Below, in pieces: positions 37,779 through 48,402 of a stretch of DNA of 64,000 nt (position 1 is its first letter; each line of letters opens with the position of its first letter). The notes beneath the pieces are model-generated. The model did no database searches. It was not told the origin of the DNA and saw only the letters and a program-made list of their open reading frames with translations. Origin of the DNA: Myxococcota bacterium (GTDB taxonomy: Bacteria > Myxococcota_A > UBA9160 > UBA6930); NCBI GenBank assembly GCA_965223705.1, contig OZ245015.1:3744001-3808000 (forward strand). Direction: 5' to 3'. The translations under genes were made by a program, and so were the position numbers.

Positions 37779-39769
37779 CACCGTCGCTTCTCCGCAAGTG
37801 AAAGGGCCCACAACGGGTGGAGGTCCTGAAGGTTCGGACCGAGCCCCCCGCCCGGAAGCTCCACCTGCGCGTAGAAGCCGCGGACTTCGGGTGCGACAAG
37901 ACCGCTCACCACGTAGAAGTAAAGCGGCATGATCGGAAACGCCTCGGCGACGAGCAGCGCTTCGGCCGCGCGAAACGAAGCCATGCGGAGTGCCTCGACG
38001 CCCGACGCCCGATCGGTTCGCAGGTCGTCCTCGATCTCGCGCCAGGCTTCGTCGTCCCCAAGCAAGCGACGCAACGCGTCCCGGTTCGCGAGGGCGCCGA
38101 CCGGATCGTTGGCTACACCAATCAAAGCGTCGTAGCGCGGGTCTCCCCAACCCGTCTGATTGTTACCCCCGCCCGTCACGAACATGTCGAGGAACGTGTT
38201 GGGATCGCGGTAATCGCCGATCCAGCCCGCACGCGCGATGTCGAAATCGCCTTGGCGCACACTGGCTAGATATGCCTGCCACTCCTGGTTGTAGGCGCGA
38301 ATCTCAATGCCCAAATGTTTGCGCCAGCTGTCCGCGACGACTTCGGCGAGCTGTTTGTGCATCTCGCTCGTGTTGAACAAGAGACCCAAGGTCGGAAAAC
38401 CCGCGCCCCCCGGATAGCCCGCCTCGGCGAGCAGCGAGCGCGCCCGCTCTGGATCGAAGGCGAGCTCGCTCGGCGGCGACGTGTAAGCCGGCATGCCCGG
38501 CGGAACGAGATGCCGCGCGGGGAGCTGCCCCAATCGGAGTACGTCGCGCACGATCGCTTCGCGGTCGACCGCGAGGGCCAGCGCGTGGCGAACGCGCGGA
38601 TCATCGAGGGGCGGCTTTCGCGTGTTGAACCGGTAGAAGTAGACGATCATCCCGGCACCGCTGTAAAAGTCGGGCCGCTCGCGGAGCTCGTCCACCAGCT
38701 CACCGGGGTACAGCGACGGAAGCCAATGCACCGCGCCGCTCAAGTAGAGGTTCAGGGCGGCGTGCGCGCTCTCCACCGGGAGCGCGTCGATCGAATCGAG
38801 CGCCGTATGTTCGCGGTTCCAGTACGTCTCGCTGCGCTCGAGCCGGATCGCTTCACCGACGCGCCACGATGCGAGGCGGAACGCACCGTTGCCGATGATG
38901 GTCTCCGGGAGATACCAGCGGTTTTCGAGCCCGGGTTGCTCGACGAGCGCTCGCTTCACAGGGAACGTCGGAAAGAACGACGTCAATTCCAGGAAGTACG
39001 GAATCGGGCGCTCGAGTTCGACGACCAAGGTACGATCGTCGCGCGCGAAGACGCCGCTGTCCTTCCCAAAGGACTCGGCGGCTTCGGCGGCCCGCGCGCG
39101 CAACCGCGCAACTTCGCTGTCGATCGCGCTCAGGATTCGGGGAACTTCGTCCGGTGAGGGCGCTCCGGTTCGGTTCGCGAGTGCGGCGAGTTCTTCATGC
39201 CGCGCCTCGCCCACGAGTTCAGCGACGCGATGCTCGGCGAGAAAACGCGCCCAGGAATCTCGGTCGGCGTCCTCGGACGCGGCGACGAGTGCCGCGCGAA
39301 GCGGTCCATCGAGGGCTTCGGCGCGGGCCGGAAACAGGTTCCAAGGCACGGCGCCCGTCAGGCCGTGAAGGATGTACGCGTATTCCGAACCGCCGTCCGG
39401 AGCCAGCAATCGTCGCCACGCGTACGCGAAATCCTCGGCGACAACGCGTGATCCGTCGGACCACCGTGCGTCCTCGCGCAGCGTAAAGACGTAGCGGCGA
39501 CCGTCGTCCGAGATCTTCCAACGGACAGCGGTGCCCGGTGCGATGCCGAGGGTCGCCGGATCCCGCGTCGTCAGCCCTTCAAAGACGGCGTTCGCGATCC
39601 GGCCCTCTGGAGCACCGGTCATGCGCCCCGGATCGAGCGTGCGCGGCTCCGTCCCATTGACGAAGCGGAAGCTCGCGGGTTCGGGACTCCCCGCAGAAAG
39701 CCCGAAAGCGACGAGCCCGGCGGCTCCGAACAGCGCCACCACCAGAGCGAGAAGCGCGCGATCGATCAC
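37778..39769 (-). CDS. oppA: Peptide ABC substrate-binding protein OppA (system 1)
   Basis: EPRTLDP, ARWSDG, NGAFRL, DPRVRHALALAVDR, GWIGDYRDPNTFL. Confidence 0.9.
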   Translation of the reverse strand: MIDRALLALVVALFGAAGLVAFGLSAGSPEPASFRFVNGTEPRTLDPGRMTGAPEGRIANAVFEGLTTRDPATLGIAPGTAVRWKISDDGRRYVFTLREDARWSDGSRVVAEDFAYAWRRLLAPDGGSEYAYILHGLTGAVPWNLFPARAEALDGPLRAALVAASEDADRDSWARFLAEHRVAELVGEARHEELAALANRTGAPSPDEVPRILSAIDSEVARLRARAAEAAESFGKDSGVFARDDRTLVVELERPIPYFLELTSFFPTFPVKRALVEQPGLENRWYLPETIIGNGAFRLASWRVGEAIRLERSETYWNREHTALDSIDALPVESAHAALNLYLSGAVHWLPSLYPGELVDELRERPDFYSGAGMIVYFYRFNTRKPPLDDPRVRHALALAVDREAIVRDVLRLGQLPARHLVPPGMPAYTSPPSELAFDPERARSLLAEAGYPGGAGFPTLGLLFNTSEMHKQLAEVVADSWRKHLGIEIRAYNQEWQAYLASVRQGDFDIARAGWIGDYRDPNTFLDMFVTGGGNNQTGWGDPRYDALIGVANDPVGALANRDALRRLLGDDEAWREIEDDLRTDRASGVEALRMASFRAAEALLVAEAFPIMPLYFYVVSGLVAPEVRGFYAQVELPGGGLGPNLQDLHPLWALSLAEKRR

Positions 39770-39784
39770 GGGGCGCCCCCGTTG

Positions 39785-40798
39785 CTACGCACCCGGTGCG
39801 TCGTCGTACAAGTGACACGCCACGGTGGTCGCGGACGGCCCACTCCCCAAGGTGAGGGCGGGCGGCCTCACGGTTTTGCAAACGTCGCGAACGGCCGGGC
39901 AGCGTGGATGAAACGGACAACCCGCGGGCGGATCGAGCGGCGACGGGACCTCGCCGCGCAAGATGATCCGTTCGCGGGTCGCGTCCGGATTCGGGACCGG
40001 ATTGGCCGACATCAACGCCTGCGTATACGGGTGTTTCGGATCGCCGAAGAGCGCCTCGGCGGTAGCGAGCTCGACAATGCGCCCGAGGTACATCACCGCG
40101 ACGCGATCCGAGCCGTTCCGCACGACGTTCAGGTCGTGCGAGATGAACAGGTAAGCCAGCTCGAACTCTTCCTGGAGATCGTCGAGGAGATTCAAGATTT
40201 GTGCGCGGATCGATACGTCGAGCGCCGAGACCGCCTCGTCGCAAACCACCAGCCGCGGCTCGAGAGCCAGCGCCCGCGCGATTCCGATTCGCTGGCGTTG
40301 CCCGCCGGAGAACTCGTGCGGGTACCTCGAGCGATAGGAAGGTTGCAGACCGACCCGGTCCAGGATCGCGTCGACCCGCTGCTCGAGCTCTCTGCCCCGT
40401 GCGATGCCGTGTACCCGGAGCGCTTCGCCGACGATGGCGCCGACGTTCATTCGCGGGTTCAGCGAAGCGTAGGGATCCTGGAAGACGATCTGCATGTCGC
40501 GGCGAAGAACACGCATCTCTGCGGGGTCGAGGCTTCGAATGTCCACCCCGTCGAACTCGATGGTGCCGCCACTCGGCTCGATGAGACGCAGGACGCTCCG
40601 GCCGACCGTGGTCTTTCCACAACCCGATTCACCGACGAGCCCCAGCGTCTCGCCGGCGGAAAGATCGAAGCTGACGTCATCCACGGCGCGAAGCCACCGC
40701 GTCCGTCCTGAGAACGCACCCGACCGGACCGGGAACTGCTTGCTCAAGTTCTTGACGGAAAGAAGCGGTACGGCCATCGAATCCCTCAGCTCAGTCAA
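39785..40798 (-). CDS. oppF: Peptide ABC ATPase OppF/DppF
   Basis: [44 protein letters not shown]. Confidence 0.93.
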   Translation of the reverse strand: MTELRDSMAVPLLSVKNLSKQFPVRSGAFSGRTRWLRAVDDVSFDLSAGETLGLVGESGCGKTTVGRSVLRLIEPSGGTIEFDGVDIRSLDPAEMRVLRRDMQIVFQDPYASLNPRMNVGAIVGEALRVHGIARGRELEQRVDAILDRVGLQPSYRSRYPHEFSGGQRQRIGIARALALEPRLVVCDEAVSALDVSIRAQILNLLDDLQEEFELAYLFISHDLNVVRNGSDRVAVMYLGRIVELATAEALFGDPKHPYTQALMSANPVPNPDATRERIILRGEVPSPLDPPAGCPFHPRCPAVRDVCKTVRPPALTLGSGPSATTVACHLYDDAPGA

Positions 40799-41747
40799 GC
40801 CAACAACGAACGCGGTGCCCCGATCCGCGGTCTTTGTTCTCGGGCGGCTGATCCTTGCAGTGGCTCATCGCGTCGCCGCAGCGATCCGCGAAAGCGCAGC
40901 CGCTCGGGTAGTTGAGCGGGGACGGCACCGTGCCTTCGATCGCGGCCAGGCGGCGTTTCTTGTCCGGTTGCGGCAGCGCCCCGAGAAGCGCGCGGGTATA
41001 GGGATGTTCCGGACGCTGAAAGAGGGTTCGCGTATCGCAGTGCTCCACGATCTCGCCGGCGTACATCACCATGACGCGTTCGGAAAACTGCGCGACGACG
41101 CCCAAATCGTGCGTAATCAAGAGGATCGCCATGCCGAGGTCGCGACGCAGCTCGCGGAGCAGGTCGAGAATCTGTGCTTGGATCGTCACGTCGAGGGCGG
41201 TGGTCGGCTCGTCGGCGATCAGCAGCTCGGGATCGCAGGCCAGCGCGATGGCGATCATCACGCGCTGCTTCATGCCACCGGAGAGCTCGTGCGGGTATTG
41301 ACGGACCCGACTTTTCGGAGCCGGGATACCGACGCGATCGAGGAGCGAAATCGCCTCCTTGATCGCGGCATCCCGGCCGAGCCCGCGGTGTAGCTCGAGA
41401 ACTTCCGCGATCTGATCGCCGACGCGAAAAACAGGGTTCAGGGAGCTCATCGGTTCCTGAAAGATCATCCCGATCTCGGCGCCGCGGATCGAACGCATCT
41501 CGCTCGGCGAAAGTGTCAGTAGGTCGCGACCGGAGAACTGCATCCGGTCCGCGGTGACCCGAGCGCGATCCCCGACGAGCCGCAAAATCGAGAGCGCGGT
41601 CACCGACTTCCCGGAGCCGGATTCCCCCACCAACGCGACGCTCTCTCCGCGGCCGATCGCGAGATCGACGCCGCGTACCGCCGGAACGTCGCCGTCATCC
41701 GTCGGAAAAGTCACGCGCAAATTCGACGCTTCGAACAACACGCTCAT
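40791..41747 (-). CDS. oppD: Peptide ABC ATPase OppD/DppD
   Basis: [41 protein letters not shown]. Confidence 0.93.
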   Translation of the reverse strand: MSVLFEASNLRVTFPTDDGDVPAVRGVDLAIGRGESVALVGESGSGKSVTALSILRLVGDRARVTADRMQFSGRDLLTLSPSEMRSIRGAEIGMIFQEPMSSLNPVFRVGDQIAEVLELHRGLGRDAAIKEAISLLDRVGIPAPKSRVRQYPHELSGGMKQRVMIAIALACDPELLIADEPTTALDVTIQAQILDLLRELRRDLGMAILLITHDLGVVAQFSERVMVMYAGEIVEHCDTRTLFQRPEHPYTRALLGALPQPDKKRRLAAIEGTVPSPLNYPSGCAFADRCGDAMSHCKDQPPENKDRGSGHRVRCWLD

Positions 41748-42700
41748 CGGATTCTCCGAAGCTTCGGGTTGAGCGCTTCGCGCAGCCCCTCGCCCACCAG
41801 GTTGAACGCCAGCACCACGATGAGAATCGAAAGCCCGGGCACAAAGAACAGCCAGGGCGCGTCGAAGATGTAGCCCCGCCCGTCGGCCAAGATGTTTCCC
41901 CACGTCGCGAAGGGAGGGCGAACGCCGAAACCGAGAAAAGACAGGGCGGATTCTGTGAGGATCGCCGACGCGACGCCGAGCGTCGCAGACACCAAGACCG
42001 GGGCAATCGCGTTCGGGACCATGTGGCGGAAGATGATCCGCGCTTCCGGTAGCCCGAGCGCTTTCGCCGCGACGACGAAATCCTGCTCTCGCAGCGACAG
42101 GAATTCCGCGCGCACGAAACGGGCCGTCGACATCCAGCTCGTCGCACCGATGACGATCATGATGTTGTAGATGCTCGGAGGGAGAAGCGCGACCACCGTG
42201 AGAATGAGAAAGAACGTCGGAAACGCCAGCATGATGTCGGTGAAACGCATGATGAGCGTATCCACCGAGAGGATTCCCAAGCGGCGACTTCCGTAGAACC
42301 CGGCCAACCCACCGAGAATGATGCCGATGGTCACGGAAATGCCGACCGCCACGAAGCCGATCGACAACGAGACGAAGGAACCCTGCAGCATCCGCGCGAA
42401 GACGTCTCGACCCAGCTCGTCCGTGCCGAGGATGTAGAGGCCGCCGAGGGGACGATCTTTCGGCGGGATCTCTTCCGCGCCGGTCGAACTCATCGGAGGC
42501 AAGAGCTTCTCCGGGAGTCGCACGGTCTCCGGGTCGAAAACGACGAACCACTCGGTGAGAAGCTTCCCGCCGAGCGCCAGTGCAAAGAGCAGAATCAGCA
42601 CCACACCGCCGGCCACGGCCAGCTGGTTCCGCTTGAAGTGGCGCCACGCTTCTTGGACCGGCGTCTCGCCGACGGGTCTCTCGAGAGCTTCTTCGCTCAT
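41744..42700 (-). CDS. Peptide ABC permease, C subunit (system 2)
   Basis: LGTDELGRD, DFVVAAKALG, HMVPNA, ESALSFLGFG. Confidence 0.9.
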   Translation of the reverse strand: MSEEALERPVGETPVQEAWRHFKRNQLAVAGGVVLILLFALALGGKLLTEWFVVFDPETVRLPEKLLPPMSSTGAEEIPPKDRPLGGLYILGTDELGRDVFARMLQGSFVSLSIGFVAVGISVTIGIILGGLAGFYGSRRLGILSVDTLIMRFTDIMLAFPTFFLILTVVALLPPSIYNIMIVIGATSWMSTARFVRAEFLSLREQDFVVAAKALGLPEARIIFRHMVPNAIAPVLVSATLGVASAILTESALSFLGFGVRPPFATWGNILADGRGYIFDAPWLFFVPGLSILIVVLAFNLVGEGLREALNPKLRRIR

Positions 42701-43659
42701 GAAACGCGTATCCGCGGGTCGACCACGGCGTACAGCACGTCGGAGACAAAGGTCCCGATGAGTGTCAGCACGGCCGCGATGAAGTTCAGCGTCAGAATGA
42801 CCGGGAAATCTCGGGCGAGGATCGCTTCGTAGCCGAGGCGTCCCATTCCGGGCCAGGCGAAGATCTGTTCGATGATGACGGAACCGCCGACGAGCCCGGG
42901 CAGCATGAGGCCGAACATCGTGACGAAGGGGAGCAGCGCGTTGCGGAGCGCGTGCTTGTAGATGACGACGTCTTCTTCGAGACCTTTCGCTCGGGCGGTC
43001 CGAACGTAGTCCTGCCCGATGACCTCGAGCATCTGGGAACGCACGTAGCGCGACAAGACCGCGATTCCACTCATCGCGGCGAGCACCGAGGGAATCACCA
43101 GGTGCCAGATCCGGTCCATGAATCGGGACAGCGCCGGGGCCCCGTCCATTCCGAACGTCCGCATCCCGAGGACCGGGACACCGAACGCGCTGACCACCCA
43201 CAAGATCAGGACGTAAGCGATAAAGAAACTCGGTAAGGAGATGAGTGTGTAGCTTACAAACGTCGTCGTTCGATCGTACCGGGACCCGCGTCCGAGCGCG
43301 GCGCGAATCCCGGTCGGGAAGGACAGACACCACACAATCAGTGTGCCGACGATGAACAGCGGCAACGAGTTGAGAAAACGCTCCCAGATCTTCGGCAAGA
43401 CCGGCTGACTGTCCTTGAACGATTTCAGCTCCCCGGTCGCGAGATCTCGCATCCAGTAGAAGTATTGGAGGTAGAGCGGATCGTCCAAATGGAACGCCGC
43501 GCGAATACGCGCGATGTCCTCGGGTTTCATTTGCGGGTTTGCGGGATCGACCTCGGAAGGCTCACCCGGCGCCAGGTGGACCACCGCGTGAGCGATCACC
43601 GAGATGAAGAACAGCAACACCAATCGTTCGCCGAAAGCTCGAGCGACAAAGCGACCCAT
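42697..43659 (-). CDS. Peptide ABC permease, B subunit (system 2)
   Basis: DYVRTARAKGL, HALRNALLP, EQIFAWPGMG, RDFP. Confidence 0.9.
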   Translation of the reverse strand: MGRFVARAFGERLVLLFFISVIAHAVVHLAPGEPSEVDPANPQMKPEDIARIRAAFHLDDPLYLQYFYWMRDLATGELKSFKDSQPVLPKIWERFLNSLPLFIVGTLIVWCLSFPTGIRAALGRGSRYDRTTTFVSYTLISLPSFFIAYVLILWVVSAFGVPVLGMRTFGMDGAPALSRFMDRIWHLVIPSVLAAMSGIAVLSRYVRSQMLEVIGQDYVRTARAKGLEEDVVIYKHALRNALLPFVTMFGLMLPGLVGGSVIIEQIFAWPGMGRLGYEAILARDFPVILTLNFIAAVLTLIGTFVSDVLYAVVDPRIRVS

Positions 43660-45725
43660 CAGAACTCCGGCACCGCGTCGATTTTCGTCCAGCGCTTGAA
43701 GTAGTACGAGAGCAGGCCCGTCGGCGTGGGCCGGAGCGGCTCGTACCCGGTGACCTCGCCTTCGTCGTCCCGCGTCACCATCACGATCTTGCGATCGACC
43801 ACGGTGGTGCGCTTGCCGACGTAGAGGAACGTGTATGGTTGATCTTCCGCGATGACTTCATGGAGTCGTCGCGTCATCTCGATTTGACGATCCCGATCGT
43901 ATTCCCGCCGCACGCCCACGATGAGCTCATCGACTTCGTCGTTCTCGTAGCCGACGAAGTTCAGCTGCTCCTGGCCGGTCTGACTCGAGTGCCACAGGGC
44001 GAAAAGATCCGGATCGACCGGGGAGAGGGCCCAACCGAGCACGACCGCGTCGAACTCCGTCTTGTTCACAAAGTCTTTGAGAAACACCGACCATTCGAAC
44101 AAGCCGGTCTCGCAGCGCACGCCGATCCTCTGCCAGGCGTTTTGCGCGATCGCGAGGATCGCCTTTCGCTGGGGATTGCCATTGTTCGTGATGAGCTGGA
44201 ACGAGAACTCTTTGCCGTCGCGTTCGAGCCAGCCGTCTGCGTTCTTTTTGAAGCCCGCTTCCTCGAGCAGCGCGAGCGCGGCGTCGGGATCGTAGGGAAG
44301 CGGCGCGACGTCGGGGTTGTACCAATCCGTCTGGATCGGGAACGGCCCGGTGATGCGCTCTCCTTCGCCGTACAGCACGTACTTGATGATCTGATCGGTA
44401 TCGATCGCCATGCCGAGGGCGCGACGGACGCGCGGGTCGTCGAACGGTTTGCGTCGGATGTTGTAGCCGATATAGGAGTAACCGAGGCCCAGCGACTGAA
44501 ACGGTTGGTACGCCGGGTCCTCGAGATAGCGCGCCGCTTGATGAGGAAGGGCGTCGTAGATATCGGCGGCACCGGCGCGAAACTCGACTTCGCGCGCGAC
44601 GGGATCGGGGATCACGCGAATGTAGAGCTCGCGATATTCCGGGGGCCCGTTCCAGTACGTATCGTTGCGCGTCAAGTAGATGACCTCGTCGGTTCGCCAG
44701 TAGCCGAACCGAAACGCGCCCGTCCCGACCGGGGACCGATTGAATTGGCTGTCGCGAATCCCGAACGCCGCACGGGCGTCCTCGCCGAGCCCGCGCTCGT
44801 CCATCTCACGCGCCAACGCCTCTTCGTTGAGCAGGTGCTCGGGCAGAATGCCCATGTACGTCCACGCCGCGATCGCCGGCGAGAAGAGTCGCTTGTAGAT
44901 GACCCGAACCCCGTAATCCCCGGTCGTTTCGATTCGTTCGATGGGCTCAAAATCCGATGCCCGGGGCGACAGGTTCTTCGGGTCCATGATCGCGTCATAC
45001 GTGAACCGCACGTCTTCCGCCGTGAGGCGCTCGCCGTCGTGGAAGCGCACGTCCTCGCGCAACACGAAGTCGATGACCGGCTGGATCCGCCGGTCGAGCA
45101 CCCGCGCCGCCGCGGCCGTGCGATGTTCCGGCGCCGCATCGGCGGGTAGACGAGCGCGTTGCCGGTCGGCGAGACGCGCTCCGTAGTCCGCCGGCAGACC
45201 GGGCTCGATCGCGTCAAAAATCGAGGTGTCGACGCGATCGAGTTGGAAACGCACACGTTCGGGAAGGAGCAGCGTGGCCGTGACCTCGGGCAACGGTCCG
45301 GGGCCATCGGGGTCGAGAGCGACGTCCTCTTCCTGCGCGGGCAGAACGCTCGTCGAAGTCACCGTGCTGGGCAGGTAGGGGCGAACTCGGCGCAGTACGG
45401 AGTCCGCCGACGTTCCCTCCGGAACCGCGAGAGTCGCGAAAGCCCAGATGTTCCAAGACCGCGCGAGACCCGACTTGAGCTCCAGGTTCTCGTCGAGCTC
45501 GAGCAGGCTGTCAAACACATAGGAGACGACGCTGCTACTCGCGCTGTCGGCGGACACGATCGGATTGAGGAGCCGCGCGTCGCCGCTCGTCGCCTCAATG
45601 AACTGCTGTAATCGCGCCGGGTTTCCGGTGGTTTGCTTCTCGTAGGACGGAACCCAGAAGTAGGACTGCAAGAGGAACGCAGCCAGAACGAGCGGCACCA
45701 GGAGCAAGACGCGCTTTACCCACAT
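43659..45725 (-). CDS. Peptide ABC substrate-binding protein, AppA-like (system 2), TM-anchored
   Basis: LNPIVSAD, VRFHDG, PVGTGAF, DPRVRRAL, WHSSQ...LNFVGY. Confidence 0.9.
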   Translation of the reverse strand: MWVKRVLLLVPLVLAAFLLQSYFWVPSYEKQTTGNPARLQQFIEATSGDARLLNPIVSADSASSSVVSYVFDSLLELDENLELKSGLARSWNIWAFATLAVPEGTSADSVLRRVRPYLPSTVTSTSVLPAQEEDVALDPDGPGPLPEVTATLLLPERVRFQLDRVDTSIFDAIEPGLPADYGARLADRQRARLPADAAPEHRTAAAARVLDRRIQPVIDFVLREDVRFHDGERLTAEDVRFTYDAIMDPKNLSPRASDFEPIERIETTGDYGVRVIYKRLFSPAIAAWTYMGILPEHLLNEEALAREMDERGLGEDARAAFGIRDSQFNRSPVGTGAFRFGYWRTDEVIYLTRNDTYWNGPPEYRELYIRVIPDPVAREVEFRAGAADIYDALPHQAARYLEDPAYQPFQSLGLGYSYIGYNIRRKPFDDPRVRRALGMAIDTDQIIKYVLYGEGERITGPFPIQTDWYNPDVAPLPYDPDAALALLEEAGFKKNADGWLERDGKEFSFQLITNNGNPQRKAILAIAQNAWQRIGVRCETGLFEWSVFLKDFVNKTEFDAVVLGWALSPVDPDLFALWHSSQTGQEQLNFVGYENDEVDELIVGVRREYDRDRQIEMTRRLHEVIAEDQPYTFLYVGKRTTVVDRKIVMVTRDDEGEVTGYEPLRPTPTGLLSYYFKRWTKIDAVPEF

Positions 45726-45746
45726 GAGGCCCTCCCCCTGCGCGGC

Positions 45747-46532
45747 TTAGCCGGCGTCCTCGGTGTTCGCGTCGCGCAGGCGGAAGAGCTCCGCCGGCAG
45801 CTCGGGATTGAGCTCCACTTCTCGGTAGGAGAGAACGGCGCGGGCCCGCTCTCTCGGAAAGACGATCTCGATCTCGTGCGCGAAACGCTGCCCCCCCAAG
45901 GCACGGAAATCGTCGTAGCGCACTTCGAGCAGGCTCTCACCCCCGGCGCTCTCCCAACGAGCCTCCGTGAGGTCGCCCTCGCGACCGAATTCGAGGGATT
46001 GGAACCCGGAAGCGCGATCTTGGGTGCGTACCCGGAAGCCGTCGGGGGTCTGGGCGAGCACGGCGTCACCCAGTGCCTCGTCGTCCGGGATGGGCGGTAC
46101 GCCCAGCAACAGATCCACCGCGAGTTCCGGCTGGAGGGGCACCCCGGCGACTTCCCACAAGATGCCCGGGTGAATCGATCCCGAAGCGATGCCCCGTTCG
46201 GGGCGACGGAAGAGATCGTACGTCTCCCCGTCGGTGGCCAGGATGGCCAGTCGCTGTCCCAGCATGCCGACAACTTCGAGCCTCAACCGGGCGGGACGTT
46301 CGATCAGGACGACTTGCTTCGCAAACGATTCGCCGACCGCACCGGAGAGCGACACCCGCGCTCGAGCGCGTAGCCCACGGCGCGCCGCGAAGACCGCGCG
46401 CTGCTCGCCGACCAGGCGCTGAATCATTTTCTCGTCGGGAGACGGCGCGCGATCGGCGCTCCGATCCGAGCCGCCCGTCGCGCAACCGAGGGCGGCGGCG
46501 AGCGCCACGAAGGCCAGTGCGCGGGCGATCAC
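45747..46532 (-). CDS. Lipoprotein with LolB/DUF4292-like fold
   Basis: Lipobox ALGC, IERPARLRLEV..MLG, GVPL, VRYDDF....FAHEIEI; GTGA overlap with the TPR gene. Confidence 0.65.
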   Translation of the reverse strand: MIARALAFVALAAALGCATGGSDRSADRAPSPDEKMIQRLVGEQRAVFAARRGLRARARVSLSGAVGESFAKQVVLIERPARLRLEVVGMLGQRLAILATDGETYDLFRRPERGIASGSIHPGILWEVAGVPLQPELAVDLLLGVPPIPDDEALGDAVLAQTPDGFRVRTQDRASGFQSLEFGREGDLTEARWESAGGESLLEVRYDDFRALGGQRFAHEIEIVFPRERARAVLSYREVELNPELPAELFRLRDANTEDAG

Positions 46533-48307
46533 GGTTGACCGAGTTCCTCGAGAAGCTTCCGGTGTTTGTCGCGAAGCTGCGGCTGCTCGGAATCGCGGGG
46601 CACGAGGTCGATCGCCTCTTGATAGTGCTCGAGAGCCGTCTGACGATCTCCCATCAACAAGAAGACGTCGCCCAGGTGCTCGGCGATCACCGGATCTCCG
46701 CCGGTGAGCTCCGCTGCGCGCTCGAGCTGCTCCTTCGCGCGCTCCAACCAGACCAGCCCGTCCTCTCGCTGGCCGCCTTCGATGAGGGGCAGCGCCTTTT
46801 GGTAGTAGAGCCAACCGAGGCTGTCGGTGATGAAACCGTCCTCCGGGCGCTTCTCGAGCGCTCGGGTGATGTACTCCTCGGCAAGTACGAGGTTCTTGCC
46901 CTGCTCTGCCCACGTGTAGCCGACGAAGTTCAGAGCGCCGGCGTGGTCGGGCTCCCGCGCGAGCACGTCTTCCATGTAGTCCATCGCGCGCTGATCGCGA
47001 TCGGCCTCGCCGTGCAGCACGCCCAGGTTGTAGAGGAGGTCGATATCCTCGGGCGCTTCCTCGAGAAGGCGGTCCAAGAAAGCCACAGCGCCGTCGAAAT
47101 CACCGCTCTTCGCTCGAAGGCTCGCAGTGTAGAGATCGAGGGGGCGCGTCGGCTGAATCGCCCGCGCCTCGTCGACGTAGGCCAGTGCGGTTTCGTATTC
47201 CCCGCGCGCCTCGTAGATCGAAGCGATTTGCGTCCTGGCCTCGGCGTACCGCTCGCTCGATTCCGGAATCCTCTCGAAGAGCGATTCCGCCTCTTCGTGA
47301 CGCTTCATCCGTCGGTAGCTCACGCCCGCGAAGTAGGTGACTTCGTGTTGTTCGGGGTTTTCGTCGAGCACGCGCTCGAACTGCTCGACGGCGGCCGCGT
47401 AGTCGCGCTGTTCAAAGAAGAGAAAGCCCAAGCGCAACACGATCCGAAAATCTTCGACGTCGAGCTCAGCGACGCGCGCCAGCACCTCGGCCGCGCCCTC
47501 CCGGTCGCCGAGCTCCATTTGCGCTTCACCCAACGCGAGCAGCGTGCTCGGGTGGTCCGGCCGCTGATCGAGGATCTCCTCGTAGACGGCCGCTTCCCGC
47601 CCGTGAAGATCCCGATCTCGGAAGAGCCGCGCGAGCGCGCCGTAGATCTGGAGTTCCCCGGGATGGCGAAGCAACGCGTCGCGAAGCACCCCTTCGGCAG
47701 CGTCGACGTCGTCGTTTCGATCGTGAAGATCCGCCAAGGCGTAGTAGCCTCGGAGGCCGTCGGGCTCGAGTTCGATCAGGTGACGCGCAACTTCCACCGC
47801 TTCCGCGTTCTCGCCTTGATCGGAGAGCAGCCCGTACAAAAGAACCGCGGCGTCGGCGTTCACGGGTCGCCCGTCGCCGCCCACCAACACCCGTTTCGCG
47901 TCGTCGGGGCGCTCCGTCAAGCGGTAGGTCGTCGCGAGAAAGACGCGGAGACCGTCGTGATCCGGATCGAGCTCGAACGCGCGCTCGGCGTAGCCGACCG
48001 CCGCTTCGATGCGATTCTGCCGGCCCGCGAGCTCAGCGGCTCGGCGCAAGAGGTAGGCGTCCGAGGGATCCGCTTCGATCGCCCGCTCGTACGCCGCCAG
48101 CGCGTCTTCGACGCGGCCCTCCGCGATGAGCTCCTGGCCGACCAGAAACGCGAGCTCCGGGGAAGCGTCCGCCGAGAGCGAGCGGTCGACGGGCGGAGGT
48201 GCGACAACCCGCGGTACGTGCGCGCAGGCCGACCCCAGCGAGAGACAAACGCACAGCGCCATCCCCAGAGAGGGGATTTTGCCGCGCTCTCGGCTGCCGT
48301 CGGTCAT
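46529..48307 (-). CDS. TPR-repeat lipoprotein
   Basis: Lipobox GSAC, many TPRs, ALNFVGYTWAEQG, FITDSLGWLYY, EHLGDV. Confidence 0.88.
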   Translation of the reverse strand: MTDGSRERGKIPSLGMALCVCLSLGSACAHVPRVVAPPPVDRSLSADASPELAFLVGQELIAEGRVEDALAAYERAIEADPSDAYLLRRAAELAGRQNRIEAAVGYAERAFELDPDHDGLRVFLATTYRLTERPDDAKRVLVGGDGRPVNADAAVLLYGLLSDQGENAEAVEVARHLIELEPDGLRGYYALADLHDRNDDVDAAEGVLRDALLRHPGELQIYGALARLFRDRDLHGREAAVYEEILDQRPDHPSTLLALGEAQMELGDREGAAEVLARVAELDVEDFRIVLRLGFLFFEQRDYAAAVEQFERVLDENPEQHEVTYFAGVSYRRMKRHEEAESLFERIPESSERYAEARTQIASIYEARGEYETALAYVDEARAIQPTRPLDLYTASLRAKSGDFDGAVAFLDRLLEEAPEDIDLLYNLGVLHGEADRDQRAMDYMEDVLAREPDHAGALNFVGYTWAEQGKNLVLAEEYITRALEKRPEDGFITDSLGWLYYQKALPLIEGGQREDGLVWLERAKEQLERAAELTGGDPVIAEHLGDVFLLMGDRQTALEHYQEAIDLVPRDSEQPQLRDKHRKLLEELGQP

Positions 48308-48402
48308 GCCCTTGTGTCGCCTCAAAGATCCTCCGTCCGTGCTCTTCGGCGCGCTAAGGCCTCGGACTAAGAACAGGTCGACGAAATCTCCAAACTAGCG
48401 AC

